Shown: positions 35,751-48,835 of the stretch, piece by piece
Layout of the letters: each line of letters starts with the position of its first letter
Numbering within the stretch: position 1 is the first letter of the stretch
DNA from: Amphiscolops sp. MND2022
Taxonomy: Eukaryota
DNA length: 64,000 nt
NCBI GenBank assembly: GCA_964187785.1
Contig: OZ076413.1
Location: 43,030,001 to 43,094,000, forward strand
Reading direction: 5' to 3'
Position numbers and translations under genes: made by a program
The notes under the pieces: model-generated
Databases searched by the model: none
The model's input: only the letters and a program-made list of their open reading frames with translations
Told to the model about the DNA's origin: nothing

Positions 35751-38700
35751 GAAATCCATACCTGTCAAACAAATGAAATAGCTAATACAATCAAACCTTA
35801 TAGTTGGTTTTATCCACTATATATTCACGCTTCTGAAACAAAGGATAACATATTACCTTCACAATTAGAAATCTTATTCCTCTTAGATACTGGAGCATCC
35901 ATATCTGTTTTGAATTTACCAACATTTCATGTAATCTCCAAACAATTAAACATCAATGTGCCAACCAATCTTCAAAACAAAAGAGCCAAAACGCTTACAG
36001 TTGCAAACCAAACTGAAGTACCAATAATACACTATATTTCGATAACCTGTTTCACTGAAGTAAATCATCAAACTTGATCCTTCAATATCGATTTTGCCGT
36101 AGCCAATATCAAATACAACATTCTTGGAACATCCTTTTTCAAAAAACACATCCAAAATATTGATTTTCAACAAAATATTATGACTTACATAAAACAACAT
36201 CCAAAACGTCCAACAAAAACAACATTTTCCACATTTACAGAAAAAGATTATCCATATATTTCTTACATCTATACTATTAAATGTAAAAAACCAATTCACT
36301 TTAAACCAAGATCAGGAAAAACCATACATTCCCCAATTAAAAACTATTCAAATCTACATTTTGAACTTGAAAATAATCCAAAATTCTATCCAACAAACCC
36401 ATATACATATTTCTTACAAAAATTTAAAAATATTTTTCATTTCTTAGATATGATAGTCAATGAAAAAAGCAAAGACTCTTGTGCAACCATAATTCAAAAC
36501 TTTACATCTTACCCAGCTACGCTACCAAAAGGAATCATTGGATACATAGAGATACCTATTACTCAAACAACTCCTCCTCACTACAGTGTTATTGATGTAA
36601 ATTCACTTATTCACTCTGTAATACATGCGTATCACCCTGATACCACGACTCCGATTAAACCAACTCCATATGCAGATATGAACTTATGTACTAGGGTAAC
36701 ACCACAATCCCTATTAGAAATAAACAAGATAGAAATCAATGACAAAACACTTCAACTTCCTATACCTTCTGTTACTGGAAACCTTCGACCCTCTGATAAA
36801 ATTCGAAAAGATTTTCCTCCATTACCTTATTCTACAGAAAATCAACAGTTCATAAAAAAATTTAACTTTGAATACTCAGATTTAACCAATACAGAATATG
36901 TAAATCTCTGCAATATTTTGATTAATAATCAACATTGTTACGCCCAACATAAAAACGACGTAGGAAAAATTTCTACTCCATTCCGAATCAGAATAAAAGA
37001 TAATTGTAAACTTCAAACACAAAGACCTTCAAAAGTACCAATTCATTATAGAGAGAGACTAAACAAACTTTTACAAGAACTCGAAAAATACAATATAATA
37101 AAGCAAATTTGTTCCACATCAGATGAAAAACACACAATTGGAACAACATTTTTAAACCCTTTAATTATTATCCCAAAACGTGACGCAATAAAAGTTGTTT
37201 TAGACGCACGACATCTAAACTCAAACACCAACCAAAAACTTGAATCTTGGCCTATTGAACCTTTAGCTTCTCAATTAGCTAGAGCCAACAAAAAATATAA
37301 ATCAACAAAACTATACGCCTTTATCCGTGGATTTTATGGATTAAAGGGACTTCCAAACTATTTCACAAAACAAATGTCAACTTTCTTCAGATCACTTATA
37401 GACAAACGTTCTGCGTTAGTTTATATCGATGATATTTTATTACTCGCAAATGAAAAACAAGAAATGTTTGAACTTATAAAAGAATTACACACAATAGCAT
37501 CTCGAGAAAATCTCAAACTTGCACCCGAAAAATCCTTCTACATGTTACTTAAAGTAAAATTCCTTGGACATGAAAATGGTAACAACACAATCAAACCAAT
37601 TCCATCTAAAATTGAAGCCATTACAAGAATCCCATCACCAAAAGAAAAGAAAGATGTTATGCAATTTCTTGGCAGTGTTAACTTTTATTCAAAATTCATT
37701 GAAAAACTCCATATAAACCTTAAACCATTGTATACTTTACTACATGATGATGTAAAATTTCAATGGACACCTGAATTAGAAAAAATATTTCAAAATGTTA
37801 AAAATGCAATGACAGCAGACACTGATTTAACAATACCCAATACAATGCATCCAATTTTTATAACAGTAGATGCTTCGTTAGTAGGTTTGGGCGCAGTCCT
37901 ATTCCAAATGAATGAAGAAAATAAGATGAGAGTAATCCAGAATTCTTAACACACAAGAACAAAAACTTTCAACTTTAGATAGAGAAATTCTCGCAATAGT
38001 TTACGCATTACAAATATATGAATTTTTGATCATTGGATCTCCTCATCCTATATATCTCTTCACAGATCACAAGCCTTTACTCTATTGTTTCGCAAAGAAA
38101 GGAAATCTTAGTCCTAGATTCTATAGAGCACAAATGCAATTAACCAAATTCTCCAAACTAAAAATCATTCATACCCCTGGAAAAAACTTAACTGTAGCAG
38201 ATATGCTTTCACGAACTTTTACAAAAGAACAATTACAAGTACACCAATTACGACACAAACAATTACCACCTCAAATAGATTTCTCTATCATGAAAGATAA
38301 TCAACTCAAACCAGTACATTATTTAGTAAAACATGAAGAAATAAAATATAATCAACAGAATGATTGTCATCCTATTCTTGCTGATTACGGAGACGACCAA
38401 TTCTCTATCCGTATAAATAACAAAGGAGAAGATATTCACATAAAGCCTTTAGATTCATTCTCTTTTCAATCTATTGTTCCATTTGAATCAAAATATAAAA
38501 AGTTTACAAAAAACCAAGCAAAGTCTCTTTTACAACAATCGACAATTCTTGATGATATTGATTTTCTCAGTGATGACGATGAACTAAATTCATCAAACAA
38601 TATCCAACATCAAAACTCAGACATATTAAAAGAACATACACTTGCTATACAATATCCTACCAAATCTGATTATTGTAAACAACAAGTTCCATTTTTTGAT

Positions 38701-40556
38701 CCATCTTTTTTCAAATACAAAAAATACTTTACATATTTCTTCCTACCAGAGGATACACAAATAACCATTGAAACAATAAAAGCTCAACAAAAACAAGACA
38801 CTGTTTTACAAAAGATTTACCAATGGATACGTAACAATGAAAGACCTTTACAAATAGACCCAACAATTGCATCTAATTCTTTCTTATTAGTATACTACAA
38901 AATTTTCAACCAATTATATATTAACCATGACACAAAAATTATCCACATAGATTATCCTAATCTTCACAATTCCAATCCGAATCAAAGAGACAAAATATGT
39001 CTACCATTCAAACTCTTCTACGCAGCTTTTAACAAACTTCATGCTCATGGACATTCAGGAATAAAAATATCCATCAAAGCTTTTAACCAATTTTACTTTA
39101 TACCATATTTGAATAAATGGATGTCAATATTCATTCTTGATTGTATTGAATGTCAACAAAATAAGCATATTAACCAAAAAATACAAACTGCATCCATACA
39201 AACATTCTCAGAGAATGCTTCGTATTTTAATTACCGAATATCAATGGATACAAAAGGACCTATAAACCCACCATCAAATCAAAATTCATATATTCATGTT
39301 ATAGTAGACGCTTTCAGTCACTTTGTAGTAACAGTACCTATAAAACAAAATAATGCTCAAAACGCTGTTAACTCATTAATACATCATTGGATAACAAAAT
39401 TTGGACCCCCTGTATATCTAGTTACCGACCGTGGAACAGAATACATAAATTCTGAATTTGCAAATCTTTGTACAACAATGGGAATTAGACATTCACCAAG
39501 AACTCCTTACGCACCATGGACTAATGGTCTAGTTGAAAATCAAAACAGAAATCTTGGAACTCATCTCAGACTTTTCTTACATAACACCCCGGAAAACTGG
39601 TCTACTCAAGTTCATATGTATGCTTATGCACATAATTCACAACCACTTTCTGAAATTAACTTATCTCCATATGAAATAGTATTCCATACTATACCCAGAA
39701 TTCCAATTAACTTTGAACTCAACCTCCAACGGGATACATATAGAAATTGTACTTCCCAATATTGTCAAGAATTACCACTTCATACACACTATGACAAATC
39801 AAATTTAAACCCTTTCTTGTATAAAATTTTATCTAAACCGATCTCACAATGGATCTTAGCTACTGAAACTGCTATGATACAAATATATCACACAGTATAT
39901 GAAAACACAAAAAGAAAAATTAATTCCTACGCTTATTTTAACAAAACATACCACAATCCGAGACCCTTGGATATTGGTACATTTGTACTAAAAAGAAATT
40001 TTCTCCATGTTCATTTTTCCGACAAATTAAAACCTCTCAGAATCGGACCATTTAAAATTATTAATAAAATTTCCGACATAACATATGAAATTGTTAATCA
40101 AGATGGTTATACCTCTCACATACACAGAAATCATTTAATTCCTTACTATCCAAAAGAACCAATTATTTTTCCTTTCTTACAACAATATAATCCTCATTTA
40201 TCTAATGATAGTCATTTGAATATAAACAATCAAATATTAACTCCGATGAAAACCAACTTAGTGACGAAGATCAATTTTCTTCCATAACATCTAATAAAGA
40301 AACGGATATACCATCCACAATCGACTTACAACCAGAACCATTTAGCCAATATTCTTCATTTCCGTACAAACAAAAAGAACAAATTCCTCAAAATACCAAC
40401 CTAGATAACCAATCAGATATTCATGACTATGATAATTTTATTAACCCCCGAAGACACTCCTATAATAGATACAACTTCCGCCCACAACCAAGAAAAGACT
40501 ATCGACTTTTCCTTGGAGAAAACGATATAATTTCATTCACTCAAAAATCCTGCTGA
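35751..40556 (+). pseudogene. pol: Pol: protease, RT, RNase H, integrase (disrupted)
   Basis: Protease LFLLDTGASISVL (~35874) and ILG; RT VVLDARHLN, FYGLKGLP, YIDDILL; RNase H VDASLVGLGAVL and TDHKPL; integrase H-H-C-C, SMDTKGP, VTDRGTEY, NGLVENQN, GPFKI. There is a stop near 36076, frameshifts (~37940, ~40240) and an RT deletion at ~37305. Confidence 0.95.
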
Positions 40557-40619
40557 AATACGGAACACAGAAAGAAATACACAGAAAAAATTTAAAAAAA
40601 GAGAAAGTTTGAAGCTTAA

Positions 40620-42196
40620 TGTGGAATTGAATGAAAAATATTTCACAAAAGATAATAAAACCGAAAAGTCCTAATTGATATAAAATTACAACTAATTTAC
40701 AAATTGAAACAAACTACCATAGCACAAAGATTTCAAAATTGATAGACATATTCACTCGCCATCGTCAACCACAAATAACTCATCCTCTAGTTCAACACAC
40801 TCACTATAAAGATTACCTGAATATACAGCATATTTAAACTCAGATACAGACATACTGGATTCCTCATCCTCAAATCCTAGCCCATCCGCTCCATATACTC
40901 CTGATAAAGTACCAACAACACCCACAAATACACATATAACCCAAACTCAAACACTAGTAATAACAACTCAATCACAACCTATTTCACGAAATCTAACATT
41001 TGCCGAAACAAACTCACCAATTTCTGACTCTAATGATGAAACATTTACAACACCAAATATACAAGATACTTCAAATATTTTAAATAGACCTCCTCTTCCA
41101 CCAATTACTACCACTCGTTCCATTCATATTCCTGATCCCAGCTCAGTTCTACCATATATAAATTCTTGTCCTCATAAAATACCAACCGCAACGAAAACAA
41201 AAAGAAAAACTCCTTTACCAACTTTACCACAAAATCTTAATTTACCATCATCAAGTAATACTCCAATAACATTCTTACCAGAACCTTCACGAAAATCACC
41301 AGCAAAGAAATCACAACAACACCCACTCCCTCATCATCTGAACTAAGTTCATTCACATTTTCTCAAATATATCCCAAGCTTGAATTAGAACGTGTACATT
41401 CCACCACCACCTCTTCTTTAACAGATTTTTAACAGATCTTAAAGATAAAGATTCTGACTCAACTGCTAGTACTAGAGTACCAAGACACAGTTATAACCTT
41501 CGATCTCAACAACAAAGAAATTCTCAAGAATTACAATCTTTAACTAGTTCAAGTACTAACTCAAGACTACTTAGACAGCACGCCCACCCCAGATTGGACA
41601 CTCCTTCTCTTTCCTCATCTCAACCCACTATTCCATCTTCTTTATCACTACCATTTCAAATCACATCAGGATTTGAAACAGCTTCTCTTCTCTCTGAAGA
41701 CCCAGCAACTATATCAGATAGCGCAGCTAATTTTTCACGAGTTTACTCACCTAGTTCAATAGCATCAAATTTTTCTACACAATTACTTGAATATTTTTTA
41801 GAAGATTTCTCAAGACCTCCAACACCAAACCCTGACGAATATCCCATTCGTGTTAACTCAAAAATTGTTCGTACACTTAACGAAGATCCTCGATACACAA
41901 TCTTACCTGTACGATTTATAAACAACAGTTCACTCTCAACTCAAAGGAAACAAAGAGAATTACGAAGACTACAAGAACAACAACTCACATTAAAATTTGA
42001 AGTAGAAGTCACATTTAACTCGTTAGGACCTCACCCATTCTCGCTTTCAACAAGAGTAGCACATAAAACAACCCCATCACCATTCATAGTCACATCCATT
42101 TCTTACCTTTGTGACGCAGAAGTACCTGAGATTAGAACAGGACATATAAACTTTTTTAATCCTTATTCCGGACTTAATTATAGAACAATATTTTAA
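40620..42196 (+). pseudogene. Accessory Ser/Thr/Pro-rich ORF between pol and env (disrupted)
   Basis: Open stretches DSSSSNPSPSAPYTPDKVPTTPT...PPLPPITT (~40858-41343) and ORF 41594-42196 with a globular-looking C-terminus. Start position uncertain. Confidence 0.55.
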
Positions 42197-42229
42197 CTAT
42201 AAAAAATTATTTAAACTGATATTTTAACC

Positions 42230-44808
42230 ATGAACCAAATCACATTTACCTTTTACTTAATATACATAATAAAAGTTGTTAAATACACATATATAATACA
42301 CATAGTTCACGCTTTAGTTCAACCTTCAACTGTTCCTAAAGTTGACACAACCAATTCCGAAAACCATATTTCAGACCAAGACCCTAACATTTTAAACTTG
42401 ATGGTATCCCATTACGATTGTGCAAAACAAAACAACTTAAGACAATTCAGTTTATTAAATGTCGAACCATGTAAACAAGCACCCTCAGATATACAACACA
42501 CAAAAACCCAAGCAACAGTTTATGTTAGAGCAAAAGCCAAAAGAATAAAAGCCTTTAAATGCGAAGCATATATAAAGACTGAAAAAGTCTGGCGTTCACA
42601 AACATTCACATCTAGTAGACGATATGATCGTTTACAATGGGGACAAAACACATTAGAACTTCCAAAAATATTGGACCCTATCGAATGCAAAAATATGATA
42701 AGATATTTAAACGCAACTGATAGCGAAGAACTAAACAATTATAATATACAAAGCTCCTTCTCATTGTTCGACGATAGTAACTATCAAAAGACCATTGAAC
42801 GAATTCAAACACCATTTAGAGTAAAAAAATTATAAATACATGGCATATTGGAACCTTCGTATTCGATGAAAATTATCTTGACTGGATAGTTAATGTTACA
42901 CAAAATGCATACTCCAGATGTCGATCAGACCGAGAAAATTTAATTACCCGACAAAGTTGGAAACTTAGAATTGTTAACACCGCAATAGATTATGACGATA
43001 AAAACAATCAATTAATACATGACGGACACATATTACCATGCTATCATTCAGACGGATTTTGTAAACCAACGACCAAAACTCCATATACATTAACATGGTT
43101 TGATGAAAAATTTTGTCTCATATTTCATCTTCACGAATTCATTGGTGGAATGACACGAATCAAAGATAGATGTTGGATAAAAACCAATACCTTCATTGAA
43201 ACTTCAAATATCACACATGAACTTCAAACCGAAGGAATACAAGGAACAAGATATCCTAATGTGAAAACACCAAAATCAAAAATAAGCAATCCAAACCTTT
43301 CTCGATTTGAAATTTACCCAATTGCACTAACCTTCTGTGGAAAACCTGAATCATTATTCTCAACACAATATGATGACATCTTTGTTACATACTTAGATGG
43401 TTTTGATATGAACACAGGACTACCAAAACCACACTCAATAATTGACCAAACAATCAGTGGAAACATAAAATATGATGACTCAAATAAAAGGTATATATTC
43501 CCTGCATTGAATATATCTAACAATTTCGCCACTTTAGATTATGATGCTCATATTAATACAAAAATTGATTTCACAATAAATCATGTATTTAAATCCATGA
43601 CAGTACAAGAACTAAACACCCTTCATACAATATGTGAACTGGAAAGAACTCAATTGTTAACGATCTTAGCTATGTCAGTTAAAAATCCTCAATTAGCCGG
43701 TTTTCTTTTAACTGGAAATAGTATTAACTTTCTCTACGTTGAAGGATCTACAGCTTGGCTGTATGATTGCCCTCATTTTATATCACCACTATACAAGGCA
43801 GATAAATGCTTTGATAGAATTCCCATACATTACAGAGAAACGATAATGTATGTTGATCCTATAACAAGACAAACTTTTAACTATGCAACACCAATTGAAT
43901 GTGGAAATAATCCACAAAATATAATTGAATTAGACCCAGACTCTAACGACGGAGATTTGTATGTGTTAACACCAGAACCACTCAAAAGAGAAGCACCACA
44001 AATGTTTAAACCTACCCAAATTAAAACAACAATCACTCCTAATACATTTACCGCCCAAGATGCTGGTATATACTCAAATGCAGAATTAGATCAATTCTGG
44101 AATAGAGTACTATTTGCTAAACATTCAGACACAACCCTTCAATTACTTGGAAAATCATTAGGCTATGATTTTATCACAGTACACAATGATAAACATTCAT
44201 ACTCAGGACATAATCCTTATAATCATTTAAGGATTGGAGTACATGACCACTTGTTAAACCTTTTACCACTTTTTAACCCTGACTGGTTCAGTCAAGCATT
44301 CATTAATTTCTTTGGATATCCATGTTATGTTTTCACACAATGTGGAATTTATTTTTCAACATTTCTTTTCATTAGAGAAGTTTTAACATTTTTACTCAAA
44401 TTCTACAGAACAATTAGCATAAAATATATTCTCCAAAGCAACATTTCCATTTTGAGTTCAATAGCCCATAGATTTTTTAATATAGTTACATCGGAAATGG
44501 TAACTGATTTAAACAATACAGGAAAACGAAAACGGATATATACTAAACACAAAATTACAACAAGTGAAAATGATAATATCCTATTGCCGGAAAAAGAATT
44601 AAACAATAAACGAAGATACTCTGATAATGACGCCTCTTATTTACCTCCTAAATATTCAAGTAAGAACTCAACATTTCAATCACCGCAAAAGACACACCCA
44701 ACTAATGTCAACGATATTAATTCTCAGGACTATGACCCAGTATTTTCAAATGTAATAGCTGTACCGGAAAGTCCTGCTAAAGTCTTCATAAAATTTAATC
44801 CCTCCTAG
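42230..44808 (+). pseudogene. env: Envelope glycoprotein, chuvirus/class III (gB-like) fusogen type, ~860 codons, one frameshift at ~42835
   Basis: Hydrophobic N-terminus; VSHYDC..FSLLNVEPC; LPCYHSDGFC..TW..C; ICELERTQLLTILAMS..P; YDC..KCFDRIPIHY..YVDPITR..C; GIYSNAELDQF; C-terminal TM segment (FGYPCYVFTQCGIYFSTFLFIREVLTFLL); several N-x-S/T sites. Confidence 0.8.
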
Positions 44809-45264
44809 CAGAAAAGCAATAACCTAATAAACAAATTAACCTCAGGAAAAGTTCAGAAAATCATCAATAAAATTCTTCTCAGTTTAACTTTCATTCAAAT
44901 CCGAGTTCTCACTAGGACCAGTCTCTCCTTTTCAACTCAACTAAAAATTTTCACTTGCCCATCACAACTCAGCTCTCAACCAGAAGACTTCAACTGGATT
45001 TTCAATCCGTCTAGAAGACCGAAATCACAGAAGTTTCTATTCCGGGAATAGATGCCACTGTGATTGTTGATGTTTTCAACCCACTGTTGATGTTTTCAAC
45101 CCACCATTGACTCAATTATTCCCATATTGTAAGTACAATTTAAACTTCATTTTAACAAACAATTTATTGAATAGAAAGGCATAACGAACTTTTTTATTTA
45201 GAAATAGTATAATCAAACGTTATAATCAATTTTTTAGCTCTACAAAAACACGCAAGTTTAAATA

Positions 45265-46486
45265 ATGGAATCCTTGCCCGAAATTGATGTAGTTAATTCT
45301 AACCCCTCTGAATTGCTTGCATCCCCTTTGAATATAACCATTCAACAAAAAGTTAACGAAGATAATAACTCTTCTTCAAACTCTCAAGATCCCTTAGAAA
45401 CAATTCCTATTGAACAAATAGATCATGTTAACGCAAGATCTCAAAAAAGAAAGTACCCAGATATAACTGCAGATAAACCTTTTATGAAATCTGGCGCTTG
45501 CCCTCCTTTCATAAAACCAATTAAACAAGATGAAGATAGAGAGTGTGAATTAGTCCCTATCCTCTCATCAAAACAATTTACGTTTCAATCTCACTTAACC
45601 TCGTTATACATGATTAACAAAGTACATATTCATCATCAGAGAATTTAAAAATGATTATCATACTTCAATTGCTTCAAAATTGATCACCCCATATGATTGG
45701 TGGTTAAACAATAAAGCAAAAATTTTCTCACTCCAATACAACTTCCTCAGACCATCTCCATATGATCTTCGAACCGAAGAAAATGACGCAAATTTTCTGC
45801 CATACCAAATTAAAAAAGCTCATCACATAACTTATCAAAAGTTTCTTCAATATAAAGAGCCTGATAATTATATATTCTTCAACTCCAAATACACTTCGCC
45901 ATTTACCTCCAACTCAGAATACTTAATAGATCATACCAAAACAAAACGAAAACTTAGAAATTATGACCCGCTGAAACAAAGTTTTCTTTTTCTTCCAAAT
46001 GATAACCCAAAAAGACCAATCATAGTACCACAAGAATACCTCATTCTAAACGACGATTCGTTATTACAAGAAGATATACCTCAAAATATATCTGATCCTC
46101 TTCCTCCACTTCAACATATAGCCTCTCAACCTTTGGGAGACTGTGAAAAGTCTCATTTTTACGCAATGACCAAAAAAGGATATTCAAATAATGAATTAAT
46201 TTTCATTATTTCTCACCTGCTTTCACTTCTTACAAATGGAAATCATGAAGAACACAAAAAGACAAAACCAGAATCGCCAAAGAAAACTAAAAATAACATT
46301 CCTCAACCACAAAGTTTTCGCCCAACGGACGAATTGCAGAAATATACAGAAATTCTGAACATCATAAAACCTTATCATCATTCAAACCGAGATATACTTA
46401 TAACAATTGCCGAAATCGTAAATACCCTTGAACAAGCTCGACGCAGAATACAAAATATCGTATTTGATACGACAAGAATTAGCTAA
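45265..46486 (+). pseudogene. Orphan accessory ORF downstream of env (~400 codons, frameshift near 45620-45680)
   Basis: Adjacent ORFs 45265-45648 and 45680-46486 lie on the element sense strand with the same base composition. No recognisable motif. Confidence 0.6.
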
Positions 46487-46772
46487 TCAGCTTTGTGTAT
46501 TCGCACATCTTTAGACGAATTCAACTACACAATTGAAAAATTGCATCGATCTTAACTGGTAATTATGGGATAATAACTTTAAAATTGTTAACACTTGTCA
46601 CTTAATCTCTTAACAACCTGTCAAAATTAATTGAGTCTACACGCATATGCCTGCTATGCATGGTTATAATAAATGCTTAATGTTAAAATACACCTTTATA
46701 ATAAAATAATATAAAAATTTCAATCGCGACATAAAAAATTTTAACAAAATTCCTAAATTGCTCCTCTTTTTA

Positions 46773-47555
46773 ATGGACCGATTTCAACAAATAAGTACTG
46801 ATATGAAAGATATTTAAATACCCTTCAAAGGATTTCCAAAATACAGCAACTTAATTCTTAAAATTAAAAAGTTATAACATCACAAATTACACCAAAAAAA
46901 TGTCAACTACGAAATTCTATTTTCAAAGGAAATTTATTGTAAACGAACTAATCTATTTTTAGGTGAATATCGTCACAACTGCTTCTTCAGCATTTCTTCC
47001 TCCTCTCAAGCCATTCATCCAAAAAGAATTTCAACGTATCTTCTACAACTGTCAACGAAATTCTTCATATTCTTCAATATGACCACTATTCATTCTGGTG
47101 ACACAGACTGCCCGATAGCTCCTTTTCTTTCAATTTCTTCAGCTCGATTACGATCCTGGATCCTGAAAAAGCATTTAGCAACATTAAATGCGCAGCTTAA
47201 AACAGATAAAAAGGCAGACCCTCACCTTACAAGAATGATATTGCTCAATATATTCCAAATATTCCAAAGTACACGACTAAACTTTGACCAATATCTTAAC
47301 ATTCATAAACATCCTGATTCATATTCAACTCAACGAGACGCCACTACCCAAACAGATCATACTACCATAAAGCCAAAACCTTTAGTACGAAGTCTATTTA
47401 ACAGAATGCGTTCTGAAATGGAAAAACAACGTCTAAATTCCTATTGGCCTTCCGATGATAACGACGATACTGATGAAGAACTTCAAAAAGACCCTCCAGA
47501 AGCAGGTCTAGATGATAATTATCCATACAAAACGTATACTTACGTCTCTTTCTAA
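46773..47555 (+). pseudogene. Second orphan accessory ORF (~260 codons, two premature TAA)
   Basis: The ATG at 46773 (MDRFQQIST) is in frame with ORF 47079-47555. Acidic C-terminus. Confidence 0.55.
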
Positions 47556-48561
47556 TATCACCAGATGACATCAACAGCACTCGTCCACTCCCATCTTCAA
47601 ATCCAACAATTGATCGTCACAACTCAGCACCCATCTACAACTTCATCGCCGCCCAACTGATGAACCATCTTCATCCATCTGCTGACCCATCTTCATCCAT
47701 CTTCCAATCTTCAATCTTCAGCCATCCAGTTCCCAGCCGAAGAAGATGATTGATAATAATTAAAGAAGGAAACTCAAAAAAAACATTGTGCATGATAATA
47801 TGTCAAAAACATTCAAACTTATATCGAAAAATTAACAATGTATTTATTATTTCAAATTTCATCCCACCCATATTTGTTTGCCTTTAAAAAACTTTTACTT
47901 CACACCTATACCGATATTTATTTGCTTTATTTTTCAAAGAATATTTAATATTTATTATTTTTTGGTGCTATCCATCCAAAATTAACATATGTTAACAACA
48001 AATCTTTTCAAATTTCAACAAAACAAGTTCAAAAATAGATCAAGCACAGTGTTCAAATCAAATTCGAATAATGACAAACCCAAATTCTCAAAGCTTTCAA
48101 CGTTTGTTACATAACAAACCCGCCAAAGATGATCAGAACCTGATATCTTTTCAGACAGTTTTCACACTCGATAAAAAAATTTTTCTTCAACAATAATCTT
48201 TCAATGACTCTTTGACCTTTTGATGCTTGCTCACGTTTGTTCAATGCGAAGTTCATTCAAAGACTACAACAGAAGCATAAAATTGAGCCACTACTAGTTC
48301 AAAAAACAAGCCGACGAAAGCATAGTGAAAAAAAGACCACTTTGACGCTCTTTGAACTGTAGTCGCACCTACGAGGTGTCAATCAAAAATTTTTACAATT
48401 CGAGGTACACCAATGAGTCGAACTTACACCACTCTTAAAGAGACTTATGCCAATCATCCCTCAAATGAAAAATGTTAACTAGCTGAAACGCTAAAAACAG
48501 TTAAACAACATCTTTTCCTTCAATTTAATTAACGATGCTACCTTATTATTTTATTTCATTT

Positions 48562-48576
48562 AAAAACCGGGATGGG
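48562..48576 (+). promoter_or_regulatory. Polypurine tract
   Basis: AAAAACCGGGATGGG abuts the 3' LTR. Confidence 0.7.
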
Positions 48577-48835
48577 TGTACTGACTTACATTAATAACCA
48601 ATAGTATTTAGATATTTGTAGAATGTACATTTATTTATTATTGAATGAATGAAAATCTCTACTCCCTCAGAGAGAGAAAGCTAATAATCAGTATTCAGTT
48701 GACTTCCTTTTTGTTCTACTCCTACCACCTCGAACTAGTTGTAATAAAGTAAGCTAGCTAGCCTGTCTCTTAGCCGCTTTTAGTAGTTGTGAATAATACC
48801 ACCAAAGAAACAGCCCACACATTAAAAGCAGCACA
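48577..48835 (+). repeat. 3' LTR (259 bp)
   Basis: Matches 10633-10892 and is followed by TSD TTTC. Confidence 0.95.

Larger units (their letters stand above)
10633..48835 (+). mobile_element. Giant env-bearing Ty3/Gypsy LTR retrotransposon (native ~18.4 kb), interrupted by a nested insertion and a tandem duplication
   Basis: Paired TG...CA LTRs; TSD TTTC at 10629-10632 and 48836-48839; PBS and PPT present. Domain order is Gag-PR-RT-RH-INT(GPF), then extra ORFs. Strong A/C-rich plus-strand bias throughout. Confidence 0.95.
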
